Shown here: positions 1 through 10,295 of the stretch, piece by piece | How positions within the stretch are numbered: the first letter of the stretch is position 1 | Layout: each line of letters opens with the position of its first letter | Origin: a candidate division CPR3 bacterium GWF2_35_18 | Lineage (GTDB): Bacteria; Patescibacteriota; CPR3; GWF2-35-18 | NCBI GenBank assembly: GCA_001771135.1 | Contig: MESW01000009.1 | Location: 23,436-87,435 of the forward strand | Direction: 5' to 3' | DNA: 64,000 nucleotides | Translations under genes and position numbers: made by a program | The notes under the pieces: model-generated | The model's input: the letters and a program-made list of their open reading frames with translations, nothing else | What the model was told of the DNA's origin: nothing | Database searches by the model: none

Positions 1-1
1 T

Positions 2-211
2 CATTCTGAGACCAGTCGGATGTTTTATAGTATTTTTGGGTTAGGATTGATGGGATTAATGGCTTTAAATAGCACTGTTATGGAAAAGAAGAAAATCCCC
101 CTACAGGGAACCAATACCTTAACTCATGCAGTAATGTTAGGAATCTCCGTTATGGGAGTAATCTGGGGAAATCTCGGCCTGATTACAAGTGGTCTCAGTA
201 ACATTAGATAA
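2..211 (+). CDS. Membrane protein, C-terminal part (probably truncated by the left window edge)
   Basis: Frame is open from position 2 to TAA at 209-211; two hydrophobic stretches. Confidence 0.55.
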   Translation, partial: HSETSRMFYSIFGLGLMGLMALNSTVMEKKKIPLQGTNTLTHAVMLGISVMGVIWGNLGLITSGLSNIR

Positions 212-243
212 CTTTTCTACAAATTAAAAAATAATTTTAAAAC

Positions 244-1005
244 ATGAAAAATAAAACCTCTATTATTTCATCAATTCTTTGGGCAGTGTTTTTTATCGGC
301 ATTCTTGAAGTTATGTTTATTTTAATAGAGAATAAGGACATAAATAACTTTTTCATTCTTTCTGGGTTGCTTTGTCTCACAGTTATCATAACTAGTATCA
401 GAACTTACCAACCCCGAATCGGATATTATCATGAAATTGCACCGTACCTAATTCATCCACTTTTCCTCCTTATTGGACTTATTAGCTTTATTATTTTTAA
501 TGATAATCCCTATTTAAGACAGATCGCTATTTTCTCAAGTTTAGTAGGATATTTAATCCTTTTTTCTGAAAACTATTCTGATCTTACTCATAAAGCTCAT
601 GATGGCGTGAAGTTTTTAATTGTCTTTTTTCTATATGATACGGTTTTTGAATCCGTCCATTATTTCAATACTGATCTTCTTATGATACCTCTTTTTATCG
701 GACTAATCTCTTTATTTTTATTCATGCATATGTTTTGGAGGCTAAAAGTTTTGGAGGATAAATATTTAGTTTTAGGTTTACTTTTTTCAACATTGATAGG
801 GACAATTTCATTTCTTGTTATTCAATATTATTTATTAAGTTCCTACCTCATTGTAAGTATTATCTTACTTACAATTTACTATGTATTCTGGGGAATATTA
901 CATCACTATATTCAAAAAAATCTAACCTTACATACCTTTTTTGAATATTTTCTGATTGCCGGAATTATTATCTCCATGTTTTTAGGACTCATTACCGGTT
1001 GGTAA
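244..1005 (+). CDS. Polytopic membrane protein of unknown function
   Basis: 253 aa with about 8 hydrophobic segments; C-terminal YYxxWGILHH...EY pattern. Confidence 0.7.
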   Translation: MKNKTSIISSILWAVFFIGILEVMFILIENKDINNFFILSGLLCLTVIITSIRTYQPRIGYYHEIAPYLIHPLFLLIGLISFIIFNDNPYLRQIAIFSSLVGYLILFSENYSDLTHKAHDGVKFLIVFFLYDTVFESVHYFNTDLLMIPLFIGLISLFLFMHMFWRLKVLEDKYLVLGLLFSTLIGTISFLVIQYYLLSSYLIVSIILLTIYYVFWGILHHYIQKNLTLHTFFEYFLIAGIIISMFLGLITGW

Positions 1006-1059
1006 AACTTGCAAAGACACATTCCATCGTTTACTATACTACCCTTAAAATATAATCTT

Positions 1060-2343
1060 ATGACAAATTTTTTTTTACTAACCTTTGGGTGTCCAAAAAA
1101 CGAAGTTGTTTCCGAAAATATTGCCCTAAAACTTTTAGAATTCAATATCCAACAAACCCTTAAAATCAGTGAAGCAGATATCGTCATCACAAATACCTGT
1201 GGGTTCATTACTTCTGCGTTAGAAGAAAATCTGCAAACGATTGAATCTTTAATAAAAAATAAAGGCAAAAATCAAAAAATAGCTGTTTTTGGATGTATTC
1301 CGCAACGCTTTTCTCTTGAAAACCTAATCTTGAAGTATCCTTATCTTAAAAAAATTGACCTTTGGGCGAAGAATTTTATAGATCTTCAAGATTTTATCAA
1401 AAAAAGTCAATCAAAAATTGAGGGTTCGAAATTGCTAACTCGACTTAATACCTTTTCTCCTTTTGCCTACGTCGAAATTGCTGAAGGTTGTTCGAATACC
1501 TGTACCTATTGCACGATTCCTTTTTTTAAAGGTCCTTATAAAAGTAAACCAATCGAACAAATTATTAAAGAGATAGCAAGTTTAATTGAATATAGCGTTC
1601 AGGAAATAATCTTGATCGCTCAAGAAACCACTTTTTACGGATTGGATCTTAACCCAAAGACTTCCCTTACTAATCTTATTAAAAAAATATGTGAGCAATT
1701 TCCCCAACTTCTTCGAATCAGAATCATGTATGCTCACCCCAACGGAATAACTGACGAACTTATTGAGACGATCAAGAATAACCCTCAGGTTTGCCCTTAT
1801 ATTGATATTCCTCTACAACACATTGATACGAAAATATTAAAAAGCATGAATCGATTCTACTCGGAGGAAAAAGTAAAACAGCTCATTACGAAATTAAGGA
1901 AAGCTATTCCGAATATTGCTATTCGTTCAACTTTTATCGTTGGCTATCCTGGGGAATCAGAAGCACAATTTGGAAAGCTGAAGAAATTCTTGAAAGAATA
2001 TCAAATCGATCATGCCGGATTTTTTGCTTTTGAAAAGGAGTCGGGAACAAAAGCTGCAAGATTAAAACACCAAAATTCTCAACAAATAAAACAGAAGCGA
2101 TTAAAAGAAATTTATGCTTTACAAGAAAATATTTCCAAGCAGAAAAATGATGGATTAGTAGGGAAAACCCTTAGCATTTTAACTGACTTTAATGACAATG
2201 ACTTTACCTACGGCAGAACCTATTTCCAAACTCCGGAAATTGACGGATATATTAAAATAAAAGGTCAATTAGAAATTGGAAAATATATAAAGATAACTAT
2301 CACTGGAAACGAATATCCCAATCTTCTTGGAAAAAGAGTTTAA
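1060..2343 (+). CDS. rimO: Ribosomal protein S12 methylthiotransferase (radical SAM, MiaB/RimO family)
   Basis: GCPKN, NTCGFI and GC motifs of the N-terminal domain; EGCSNTCTYCTIP (CxxxCxxC); MYAHP; DIPLQH; GRT..PEIDG TRAM motif typical of RimO. ATG 1060 preferred over TTG 1009. Confidence 0.88.
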   Translation: MTNFFLLTFGCPKNEVVSENIALKLLEFNIQQTLKISEADIVITNTCGFITSALEENLQTIESLIKNKGKNQKIAVFGCIPQRFSLENLILKYPYLKKIDLWAKNFIDLQDFIKKSQSKIEGSKLLTRLNTFSPFAYVEIAEGCSNTCTYCTIPFFKGPYKSKPIEQIIKEIASLIEYSVQEIILIAQETTFYGLDLNPKTSLTNLIKKICEQFPQLLRIRIMYAHPNGITDELIETIKNNPQVCPYIDIPLQHIDTKILKSMNRFYSEEKVKQLITKLRKAIPNIAIRSTFIVGYPGESEAQFGKLKKFLKEYQIDHAGFFAFEKESGTKAARLKHQNSQQIKQKRLKEIYALQENISKQKNDGLVGKTLSILTDFNDNDFTYGRTYFQTPEIDGYIKIKGQLEIGKYIKITITGNEYPNLLGKRV

Positions 2344-3023
2344 TTTTCGATAATTTCGATTCTGTTTATCAAAACATTTTCAGTTGGAAATGACATTTCA
2401 CCGGTAGAACTGGCTTTCACTGGAGTACTCGCGATCATATCAAGCACATATTCTCCAGTAATCAGTTCTCCAAAAATCACATAATCTTTTGATAAAGGAT
2501 AATCTACTGTCATAATAAAAAACTGACTCCCGTTAGTGTTTGGACCCGAATTGGCCATAGCTAAAGTTCCTTTTTTGTAATCACGCGTAATTGATTCGTC
2601 AGCGAATTTGTATCCGGGACCACCTGTTCCAGTACCTTTTGGATCTCCGCCTTGAATCATAAAATTTTTCATAATTCGATGGAATTTAGTTTCGTTATAG
2701 AAATCTTCTTTGGCTAAAAAAACAAAGTTGTTCACAGTAATTGGAGTTTCGGAAGGAAAAAGTTTAAACTCCATATTCCCTTTTGAGGTTTTCATTATCG
2801 CAGTATAATTTTTATTCACATCAATCTGCATTGCAGGAGCTGATGTATAAGTTTTTGCACCACTCACGGTTGATTCCTTTCTTTCAGCAGAATTACTTGT
2901 CTGCTCATTATTATTAAGCTTAACATCATCTGATGTTTCGATATCTTTTACCAACATCACGATCCCAAAAATTAAGATCCCTAGAGTTAAAATAATTACT
3001 ATGGTAATTACCTTATTGTTCAT
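2340..3023 (-). CDS. Cyclophilin-type peptidyl-prolyl isomerase with N-terminal membrane anchor
   Basis: FHRIMKNFMIQGGDP, GTGGPGY, LAMANSGPNTNGSQFFI; hydrophobic N-terminus; AGGAGG upstream. Confidence 0.93.
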   Translation of the reverse strand: MNNKVITIVIILTLGILIFGIVMLVKDIETSDDVKLNNNEQTSNSAERKESTVSGAKTYTSAPAMQIDVNKNYTAIMKTSKGNMEFKLFPSETPITVNNFVFLAKEDFYNETKFHRIMKNFMIQGGDPKGTGTGGPGYKFADESITRDYKKGTLAMANSGPNTNGSQFFIMTVDYPLSKDYVIFGELITGEYVLDMIASTPVKASSTGEMSFPTENVLINRIEIIEN

Positions 3024-3034
3024 GATTCCTCCTT

Positions 3035-3520
3035 TTAATTTTTCTCAAGGGTAAATTCTACCATATGATTTCCATGATCATAAATGGCTTTATAGGAAAT
3101 CACGTTTTTCTTGTCTCCAAATATATGATCCAAAATTTCCGAACTAAATTCGGCTAGCAGATTTGGAAGTTTTTTAATTTCGTCTACTGTGAGCCATCTT
3201 AACTCTCCGTCAGGAGAATCAATAACTTCGCCATTCTTAAAATCTGCAACTATCATGTGGAAAAATACTTCTGTACCGATATCCTGCAACCAACCCACTC
3301 CCGTAGCTCTAATTTTCAAATTTTTAATTTTCAGTCCGGTTTCTTCCATCACTTCTCGATGCGCGGCTTCAAAAAGACCCTCTCCTTGTTCTCTTTTCCC
3401 ACCTGGAGCCATCCAGACATTCGGCATAATTTTTTTATCAGAATTACGATGAAGCATCAGATATTTATCATCTTTTTTCACAAAACATTCGAATGTCGCG
3501 TGAATTTTACGATCGGACAT
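3035..3520 (-). CDS. NUDIX hydrolase
   Basis: Nudix box GGKREQGEGLFEAAHREVMEETGL; ATG 3520. Confidence 0.9.
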   Translation of the reverse strand: MSDRKIHATFECFVKKDDKYLMLHRNSDKKIMPNVWMAPGGKREQGEGLFEAAHREVMEETGLKIKNLKIRATGVGWLQDIGTEVFFHMIVADFKNGEVIDSPDGELRWLTVDEIKKLPNLLAEFSSEILDHIFGDKKNVISYKAIYDHGNHMVEFTLEKN

Positions 3521-3540
3521 ATTTCCCTTCAATAATAAAA

Positions 3541-5058
3541 TTAATGTTTATCTTTTCTCAAAATAAGTACAACAGCATTATCGGCATCAACTTCAATATT
3601 ATCACCATCTTTAATTATTTGAGTCGCGACTTTTGTTCCGACAATACAAGGCACACCAAATTCTCGAGCTAAAATTGCTGCATGACAAGTAATCCCTCCT
3701 TCATCCGTCACAAAAGCACTTGCTTTCTCCATTGCCATTATATAATCAGGAGTTGTCATGGATGCAATAAGAATTTCCCCTTTATTGAGTTTGAATACAT
3801 CTTTATAGGTATTTAAAACCTTCGCAATTCCTCTTACTTTTCCTCTCGAAGCAGATCTCCCAATAATTTTATTATCCAATTTATCTGTATCTTTTGTTAA
3901 TATTCTCTTTATCTTCCGGATTAATAATAATGATTCATCCCCAAATAACGTTTCTACTTTTCCATTAATCCAAATAATTATAAATCCTTTTTCTCTTTTT
4001 TCAATTATTTCATTAACAGAATCATCTCTACATTTAAGATTTTTAACAATCTCAATCGATGATAACATTGTAATATCGTTAAGATTTAAATCAAGTCGAT
4101 TACTAATCTCTTTAAATAAAATACTTCTTCCGATAAAGAACAAATAATCAGAAACTTCTGTAGTATGGGTTCTTAAAAAAATAAAGGATCTTACTGCTTC
4201 AATCAGACTCAATGTTTCGCTATTAAAATGATGTCGTCTAATGATCGCTTCATAATCTTTTTGCTTTTGTTTCCTTATCGAATTAATTCTAGAGATTTCT
4301 TTCTCAGAATCTTTTTGAATCATCAATCTTAATCTATCAAGATAATCTTTTTTAGTAAACGTTAAGAAATTATAAAATAAAGAACCTTTTAACCAAGAAT
4401 ATTTTTTAATATGATTTTGAATTCTATCATTTATATCTTCTGGTAATTTTGATAAATTTATTTTCTTATCTTTTATTTCAGTCGCAATTTCTAATAGATG
4501 TAAAGGTTCATCAACGTATGATAATTCTCCCAATTCTGGATATGTAGCAATTTCCGAGAAGATAGCTTCTATTTCACTGTCTTCAAAATGATATTTATTT
4601 CTTAGATCTGCTTTTAATTGAATTTCTAAATAATTATCCGGCCTCGTCCAAGCAGGAATGAAAGATTCAATATAGTGATTCACAAAATCTTCAAAAATTG
4701 AAATTAATTCGTTATTGTTCAGATTATCTAATTTTGTTCTTTTCAATTCTTCTGTATATTTTATAGTTCGTGATGTAATATCAAAAAGTTTTTGAGAAAA
4801 TTTATTAAAAAAGTCATTATCATCATTAAATTTTGAATCCCAAAAAGAGTACCAATTTTCAAATTCATTTTGAGAATAATACTCTTCCCCATTAAGAATC
4901 AGATAATTTTTATATGGATTTGCAAATCCTAAATATTTTTGCTGCTCGTTTCTTGAATTTGCGAGAATCTGAATATTTTCCACAAACCAATTAAATTTTC
5001 GGCAGACATCAAATACCCATTGAATCTCTTTAACTTGAGAAATTAAGTTAGAATTCAT
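3541..5058 (-). CDS. PEP-utilising-enzyme mobile (phosphohistidine swivel) domain protein
   Basis: C-terminal GEILIASMTTPDY...TDEGGITCHAAILAREFGVPCIVG; long helical N-terminal part without a recognisable ATP-grasp domain. Confidence 0.85.
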   Translation of the reverse strand: MNSNLISQVKEIQWVFDVCRKFNWFVENIQILANSRNEQQKYLGFANPYKNYLILNGEEYYSQNEFENWYSFWDSKFNDDNDFFNKFSQKLFDITSRTIKYTEELKRTKLDNLNNNELISIFEDFVNHYIESFIPAWTRPDNYLEIQLKADLRNKYHFEDSEIEAIFSEIATYPELGELSYVDEPLHLLEIATEIKDKKINLSKLPEDINDRIQNHIKKYSWLKGSLFYNFLTFTKKDYLDRLRLMIQKDSEKEISRINSIRKQKQKDYEAIIRRHHFNSETLSLIEAVRSFIFLRTHTTEVSDYLFFIGRSILFKEISNRLDLNLNDITMLSSIEIVKNLKCRDDSVNEIIEKREKGFIIIWINGKVETLFGDESLLLIRKIKRILTKDTDKLDNKIIGRSASRGKVRGIAKVLNTYKDVFKLNKGEILIASMTTPDYIMAMEKASAFVTDEGGITCHAAILAREFGVPCIVGTKVATQIIKDGDNIEVDADNAVVLILRKDKH

Positions 5059-5125
5059 ATGATCCTATTCTACTCAAAAATATATAATTGTCGAGTTTAT
5101 AATAATGGGAGATTATTTTGGAAAA

Positions 5126-8100
5126 TTAAAAACAAGCCGTAGCCGGACTATGTAACTGAACATCATTTGTCCCATCACAATAACACATGTAATTACCAGT
5201 ATCGTTATAAAAAATCGTTCCTTCAGGGTAACCAGATCCACAAGGATCCGCAGTCACAGAAATTGGTTTTATCCCACCGTTTACTTCTAACTTCGTTTCA
5301 GGATTTGTCGTTCCGATACCGACGTTACCATTTGCTGAGATCATAAAATAATCATTTGTCCCAAACCCCGAAGACATTGAAATTTTGAAACTTCTATCTG
5401 TTATATCTCCTCCCATTACCCAATTAGTACCTGTTGATGGAGTATAATAAATAGTAATTCTTACGTGATCTATATATGCAGTTCTGTTTCCACCTCCGTC
5501 ATCTCTGGCTCTAATGGCTACACCAAAGGTTGAGTTATTAACTTGAGTGGCGGTAAGTCCTACCACACCCCATAAGTTACTACTGCCACCATATCCTGTA
5601 TAATCGTTGGGATCAGTAATTCCCCACTCCAAATCGGTTTGTAGATCGTTTCCAGAATAAACGTCATCAACTACAAGCATCACGGACTGATCAGTCACAC
5701 CACTACCTGAAGCATACCTTTCAAATTCTACGTATACTCCGTTTATAGTAGCATCAGCGGGAATAGTAAATCCAAAATCAGTTATTTTTAAATATTCAGT
5801 CGTATAACCGGTAGGCATTGTAGAAGATGTATATACATTATTACTTGAATATACATTTTGAGGATTAGACCAATCAGTCTGATTAGAAGCAGGAATTGAT
5901 TGTGCTAATGCTGGAGAATTGGCATCAGATGGCGAGACGGACGCCGGAGCATCTAGGAATACGATAGGATCGTATCCTGCTGCCACTATATGTAGAGGTT
6001 GGGATGGAGATGATGTCCCTAATCCTACATAACCACCATCTTCAATAAAAAGACCTAAATTCCCTCCATCATCAAATATTTGTAAACCAGATGCTGAGGA
6101 TGCTCTTAAAGTAGAAACATCAACATCATCTTCTAATGAAAATTCAGCAACATTAAGATCGAGATCATCACCGGCTGTATAACTGCTTCCTCCATCTAAC
6201 GCCGTCCACTCTTCGGCTGAATTTTTATACTCAATAGTTCCAGCATTGTCTCTAATACCATAACCAGATTCACCATCTGTAGAGCCAAAATTAAGATACC
6301 CACCTGCACTTACACCAACATTTCCAACAACGTCTAATTTATGATTTGGACTTGTAGTACCGATCCCAACGGCGCCAGTACTAGTAACAACAAAGTTATT
6401 ATTGACATCAAACAATTGTGAAGGATTGATATTGCCTACACCAAGTTTACCTGTATAGTCTAGTATCATTCTCTTTGTTATTGCACTGGATTGTGTTGTA
6501 TAAAAAACCATATTTGTTTCCGCCGGTCCCATGAGATTGCTCTCTATTCTTGATGTGACAGTTGTTCCCCATCCAAAATCTATTTGGGTTTTGTCAGCTC
6601 CTGCGTATCGAGAGCCCGTAAGCGCTAATTTTGATGTTTCTGATGATCCCGTAAAGGAGGCTAATGTATTTACTGATGAAATTACTGTGAGGGGATAACT
6701 AGGTGCTGTTGCTCCTATTCCAACATTTCCTTGTACAATAAGACTATCCGCTGGGGCTGTTAATACATCATAATTTGACCCAATTGCAACATTTCCATCC
6801 ACTGATAATAATGAGCCAGGATTATTTGATCCAATACCTATATAACCCGCGGCGCTGATATATATGTCGTCACCCGTAGCGTTTCGTGCAAAGGCTTGTG
6901 CTGCTCCACTTTTATAAATATAGAATTGACTACCGACTACTGTTTCTTCAAGTATTAAATAAGGATTGTTAGAAACAATACCTCCTCTAAAATTACTAAT
7001 GTTTTGAGCTGTTGTTAATACATTTTGATTTACTTGTAAACCACTAGGACTAGTAGTACCAATCCCCACGTCCCCATTAAAACTAACTAAATCGTTTGCA
7101 AAGTCACCCCAAATAAGTGGCGATACCGAGTTTGAGTTTTCAATGTAGAGTTTATCTGAACCGGTTTCTGCACTTCCGGCACTTGTTCCAATAAAAACAC
7201 TTCCACTACCTAGATTGCTGTATCCCGCACCCACACCTATTGCGACATTACTCCCCCCTGAAATGTTTTGGTAAAGTGCACTGCTTCCCAGTGCGATATT
7301 ATTACTTCCTGTTTGTAATGTATACAGTGGTCTATACCCAATGCCAATGTTATCGTCGCCGCTAGTAACTGCAGATAGGGGATAACTACCTATTGCGACA
7401 TTACTCTCGCCATTTGTTACTACATTTAGAGCTTTGTGCCCAATACCAATAAGCCCGGTTCCGGTAGTAGTTGTATTTCCGGCAAGAGATCCAATGAACT
7501 GATTAGTTATATCTGTTCCTAGGTTTAGAAATAATCGCCCTGTGTTATTAACATATCCCAAAGGAGTACCGCTACTGTTCTGCCACTCTAGAATATTGGC
7601 TGTTTGAGTACCATTAGCCGTCACGATTAGTTGTTGTGTGTCTGTCGTACCTAATATATGTAGTTTTGCGGTAGGATTTGTTGTTCCTATACCCACATTA
7701 CCACTACTTGTAATTGTAAAATTGTTATTTGACAAGCCACTGTTTAATCCAAAAAATGCACTGTTATCTTTAACACCCCAATATCCTGTTGTATCATTAT
7801 CACTTATCAAAATTTGCGCCAGATCATCCGTATTATAAAAACGTGCCACACTATCAGTTGTTTCACCGTTTACATCCAATCTATAAGATGGAGGAGAACT
7901 GTAAATACCTACATTTTTGCCAACGATATTAATCGAACTATACGAATTTGTTCCAATTACAAATCTATCGTTAGCATCTACAAATAATCTCCCCACTGAT
8001 ATGGGGGTACCTGCTCTCAAGACGCTAATTCCTCTATCGTTACCTGGCGTTCCTCCGGTAATTCCTTGATCTACATATAGTTGCGAAAGTGGAGAGGTTG

Positions 8101-10231
8101 TTCCAATACCCACATTCCCATCTTTATCTAAAACCATTTTCGTAGACACCGCAGCAGTACCGCTCGCTGTCCCAAATTCTAATCTTCCATAAGGATGTAC
8201 GGCATCAAAATCACTCTGTGCTATAACTCTTGCATATCCAGCCACATTCGAACCTGTTAATGATGTATCGTTAGAATAAAAATCTAATTCTCCTATCATT
8301 TGACCAATTCCGACGCCAGTATCAGTACGTTGAAGAGTCAAAATTGGAGATGAGCTACCTACATGCAGAATTGAAACAGCATTTTCAATACCAATACCAA
8401 AATTTCCACCACTTTCTATAATTGCTTTCTGTGCACTTCCAATAGTTGTCCCAGTACCAAAAACTAGATTACCATTTGAAGCATAATAACTTAAATAATA
8501 ATTTTGAGCTTCTCCATCAAAAATTATTCCAGTATCCTCTGCCCCATTGTCACCCAAAGTCAGGAATGGAGTCGTTCCTCCTATTTGAAGCTCTGTAGAA
8601 GGATTTGTTGTTCCGATCCCCACATTACCAGCAAAATATGAATTTGATGTTGCTGCAGAATAAATTGCATAACGATTCGTTCCAATATCAATAGAAGAAT
8701 GTAAATATATACCATACGAATTATCTACTGTTCCCCCATTTGAATAACCGTTAAGCAGTACTCCATACGCATTATTTATCGTTCCGCTAGAGTTTCCAAT
8801 CGATCCACGTAATAACGCTGCTTCTGCAATTGTTCCTCCACCAGAATTATTCATTTGCGCCCTATAATTATATGCTGAAGCTACATAACCAGATCCATAA
8901 TTGCTAAACATAGAGCTATTACCATATCCAACCGTTGCAATATTTCCATAATTAAACACCCCTGATGATAATCCATACATCCAATTTACGGTTCCATCAT
9001 TGGTATTTATTGATCTACTTGATATTCCAGTCATTCCATGTTGCGTATCTGTACCTGTAAATTCATTCACAAGTTGCAAACCTGTAACATAAGGAAAGCC
9101 AACCGTATCTCCCTCTGTTACGTTAGTATGTAAATAACTGGAATAACTTGATATATTACCATTTGTTATTCTCTCTAAATGAAACAATGATGTAGGGTTC
9201 GTCGTTCCAATCCCCACATTGTAACTTGTATCATCAGGATAAAGATTTGATCCCGAAAGTGTCCAAGGTCCTCCAGTCGAAGAGACATCTGTCCAGGAAG
9301 CCACTCCAGATCCATCGGTAGTTAAAACATATCCACTAGAAGCTCCTGACGCCATAGTAAGTGCTGTGATATCTACACTCCCTCCAGAAAGAGATCCTGT
9401 AACATTCCCGGTTAAGTTCCCGGAAAAAGAGGTCGCGGTAATACTTCCCCCATTGGTAAGATCATTGGTTCCGAGATTAATATCTCCACTCATCGTTCCT
9501 CCAGAAAGAGGTAGATAGTTGGAAGCAGTAATTGTGTTAGGAATCATATTATCCGTTAAAGAGTTATTAGGAAATTTGATAGTCCCAAATACTGTCAGAT
9601 TTGTGGTAGAGAGTGTTCGAATATTGGTAATATTATGATCGTTAAGTTTCACATTACCATTAATTGTCCCTCCAATTACAGGAAAGTATTTTGAAGCCGT
9701 AATGCTATTGGGAATCATGGCGTCGGTAATAGAGTTATTAGGTAAAGTCACTATTCCTAAAGTAGTCAGGTTGTTCACAGTAAGAGAAGGGTTGCCAGAT
9801 AATCCGGTAGCATTTCCAATCAGAGACCCTGTTACGGTTCCTTCTACATCTCCAGTAAGGTTACCTTCAAACTCTCCCTGAAAAAGATCGGCGATTAAAC
9901 TTCCCCAGACCTCTAGGTCTGTGGTTACAAATACCCTTTCTCTTGATTCCAGGAAGAGGTAATCATCTGTTACAATATGCATGTGCACATCATCATAGAT
10001 CTTTGACCCCCCTTGATTCAGATTGAAAGACATATACTTACCTTGATTGAAGGTCTCTGATCCCAGAGTAACCTCTGTTCCGGAGATATTAAGGTCTCCA
10101 ATAATGGATAGCTCTTCCGTAATTGTATAAGCATTTGTGATAAGTGGATTAATTAATACAAAGAAGGTGAAAAAGAATACCAAACTTATAATTGATAGAA
10201 ATAATAGTTGCTTTTGAGACAGTGTAAACAT
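5126..10231 (-). CDS. Giant surface fibre / adhesin-like protein (GNVGIGTTxP repeats)
   Basis: 1701 aa; N-terminal signal/TM; about 13 GNVGIGTTSP-like motifs; NVAIG/NIGIG YadA-head-like repeats; Cys-containing C-terminus. Confidence 0.8.
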   Translation of the reverse strand: MFTLSQKQLLFLSIISLVFFFTFFVLINPLITNAYTITEELSIIGDLNISGTEVTLGSETFNQGKYMSFNLNQGGSKIYDDVHMHIVTDDYLFLESRERVFVTTDLEVWGSLIADLFQGEFEGNLTGDVEGTVTGSLIGNATGLSGNPSLTVNNLTTLGIVTLPNNSITDAMIPNSITASKYFPVIGGTINGNVKLNDHNITNIRTLSTTNLTVFGTIKFPNNSLTDNMIPNTITASNYLPLSGGTMSGDINLGTNDLTNGGSITATSFSGNLTGNVTGSLSGGSVDITALTMASGASSGYVLTTDGSGVASWTDVSSTGGPWTLSGSNLYPDDTSYNVGIGTTNPTSLFHLERITNGNISSYSSYLHTNVTEGDTVGFPYVTGLQLVNEFTGTDTQHGMTGISSRSINTNDGTVNWMYGLSSGVFNYGNIATVGYGNSSMFSNYGSGYVASAYNYRAQMNNSGGGTIAEAALLRGSIGNSSGTINNAYGVLLNGYSNGGTVDNSYGIYLHSSIDIGTNRYAIYSAATSNSYFAGNVGIGTTNPSTELQIGGTTPFLTLGDNGAEDTGIIFDGEAQNYYLSYYASNGNLVFGTGTTIGSAQKAIIESGGNFGIGIENAVSILHVGSSSPILTLQRTDTGVGIGQMIGELDFYSNDTSLTGSNVAGYARVIAQSDFDAVHPYGRLEFGTASGTAAVSTKMVLDKDGNVGIGTTSPLSQLYVDQGITGGTPGNDRGISVLRAGTPISVGRLFVDANDRFVIGTNSYSSINIVGKNVGIYSSPPSYRLDVNGETTDSVARFYNTDDLAQILISDNDTTGYWGVKDNSAFFGLNSGLSNNNFTITSSGNVGIGTTNPTAKLHILGTTDTQQLIVTANGTQTANILEWQNSSGTPLGYVNNTGRLFLNLGTDITNQFIGSLAGNTTTTGTGLIGIGHKALNVVTNGESNVAIGSYPLSAVTSGDDNIGIGYRPLYTLQTGSNNIALGSSALYQNISGGSNVAIGVGAGYSNLGSGSVFIGTSAGSAETGSDKLYIENSNSVSPLIWGDFANDLVSFNGDVGIGTTSPSGLQVNQNVLTTAQNISNFRGGIVSNNPYLILEETVVGSQFYIYKSGAAQAFARNATGDDIYISAAGYIGIGSNNPGSLLSVDGNVAIGSNYDVLTAPADSLIVQGNVGIGATAPSYPLTVISSVNTLASFTGSSETSKLALTGSRYAGADKTQIDFGWGTTVTSRIESNLMGPAETNMVFYTTQSSAITKRMILDYTGKLGVGNINPSQLFDVNNNFVVTSTGAVGIGTTSPNHKLDVVGNVGVSAGGYLNFGSTDGESGYGIRDNAGTIEYKNSAEEWTALDGGSSYTAGDDLDLNVAEFSLEDDVDVSTLRASSASGLQIFDDGGNLGLFIEDGGYVGLGTSSPSQPLHIVAAGYDPIVFLDAPASVSPSDANSPALAQSIPASNQTDWSNPQNVYSSNNVYTSSTMPTGYTTEYLKITDFGFTIPADATINGVYVEFERYASGSGVTDQSVMLVVDDVYSGNDLQTDLEWGITDPNDYTGYGGSSNLWGVVGLTATQVNNSTFGVAIRARDDGGGNRTAYIDHVRITIYYTPSTGTNWVMGGDITDRSFKISMSSGFGTNDYFMISANGNVGIGTTNPETKLEVNGGIKPISVTADPCGSGYPEGTIFYNDTGNYMCYCDGTNDVQLHSPATACF

Positions 10232-10295
10232 AAAAATCTCTTAATAAAAAGATTAAGAAAATGATAACAGAAAAAAACCCAAAAGAAAAGTCAAT

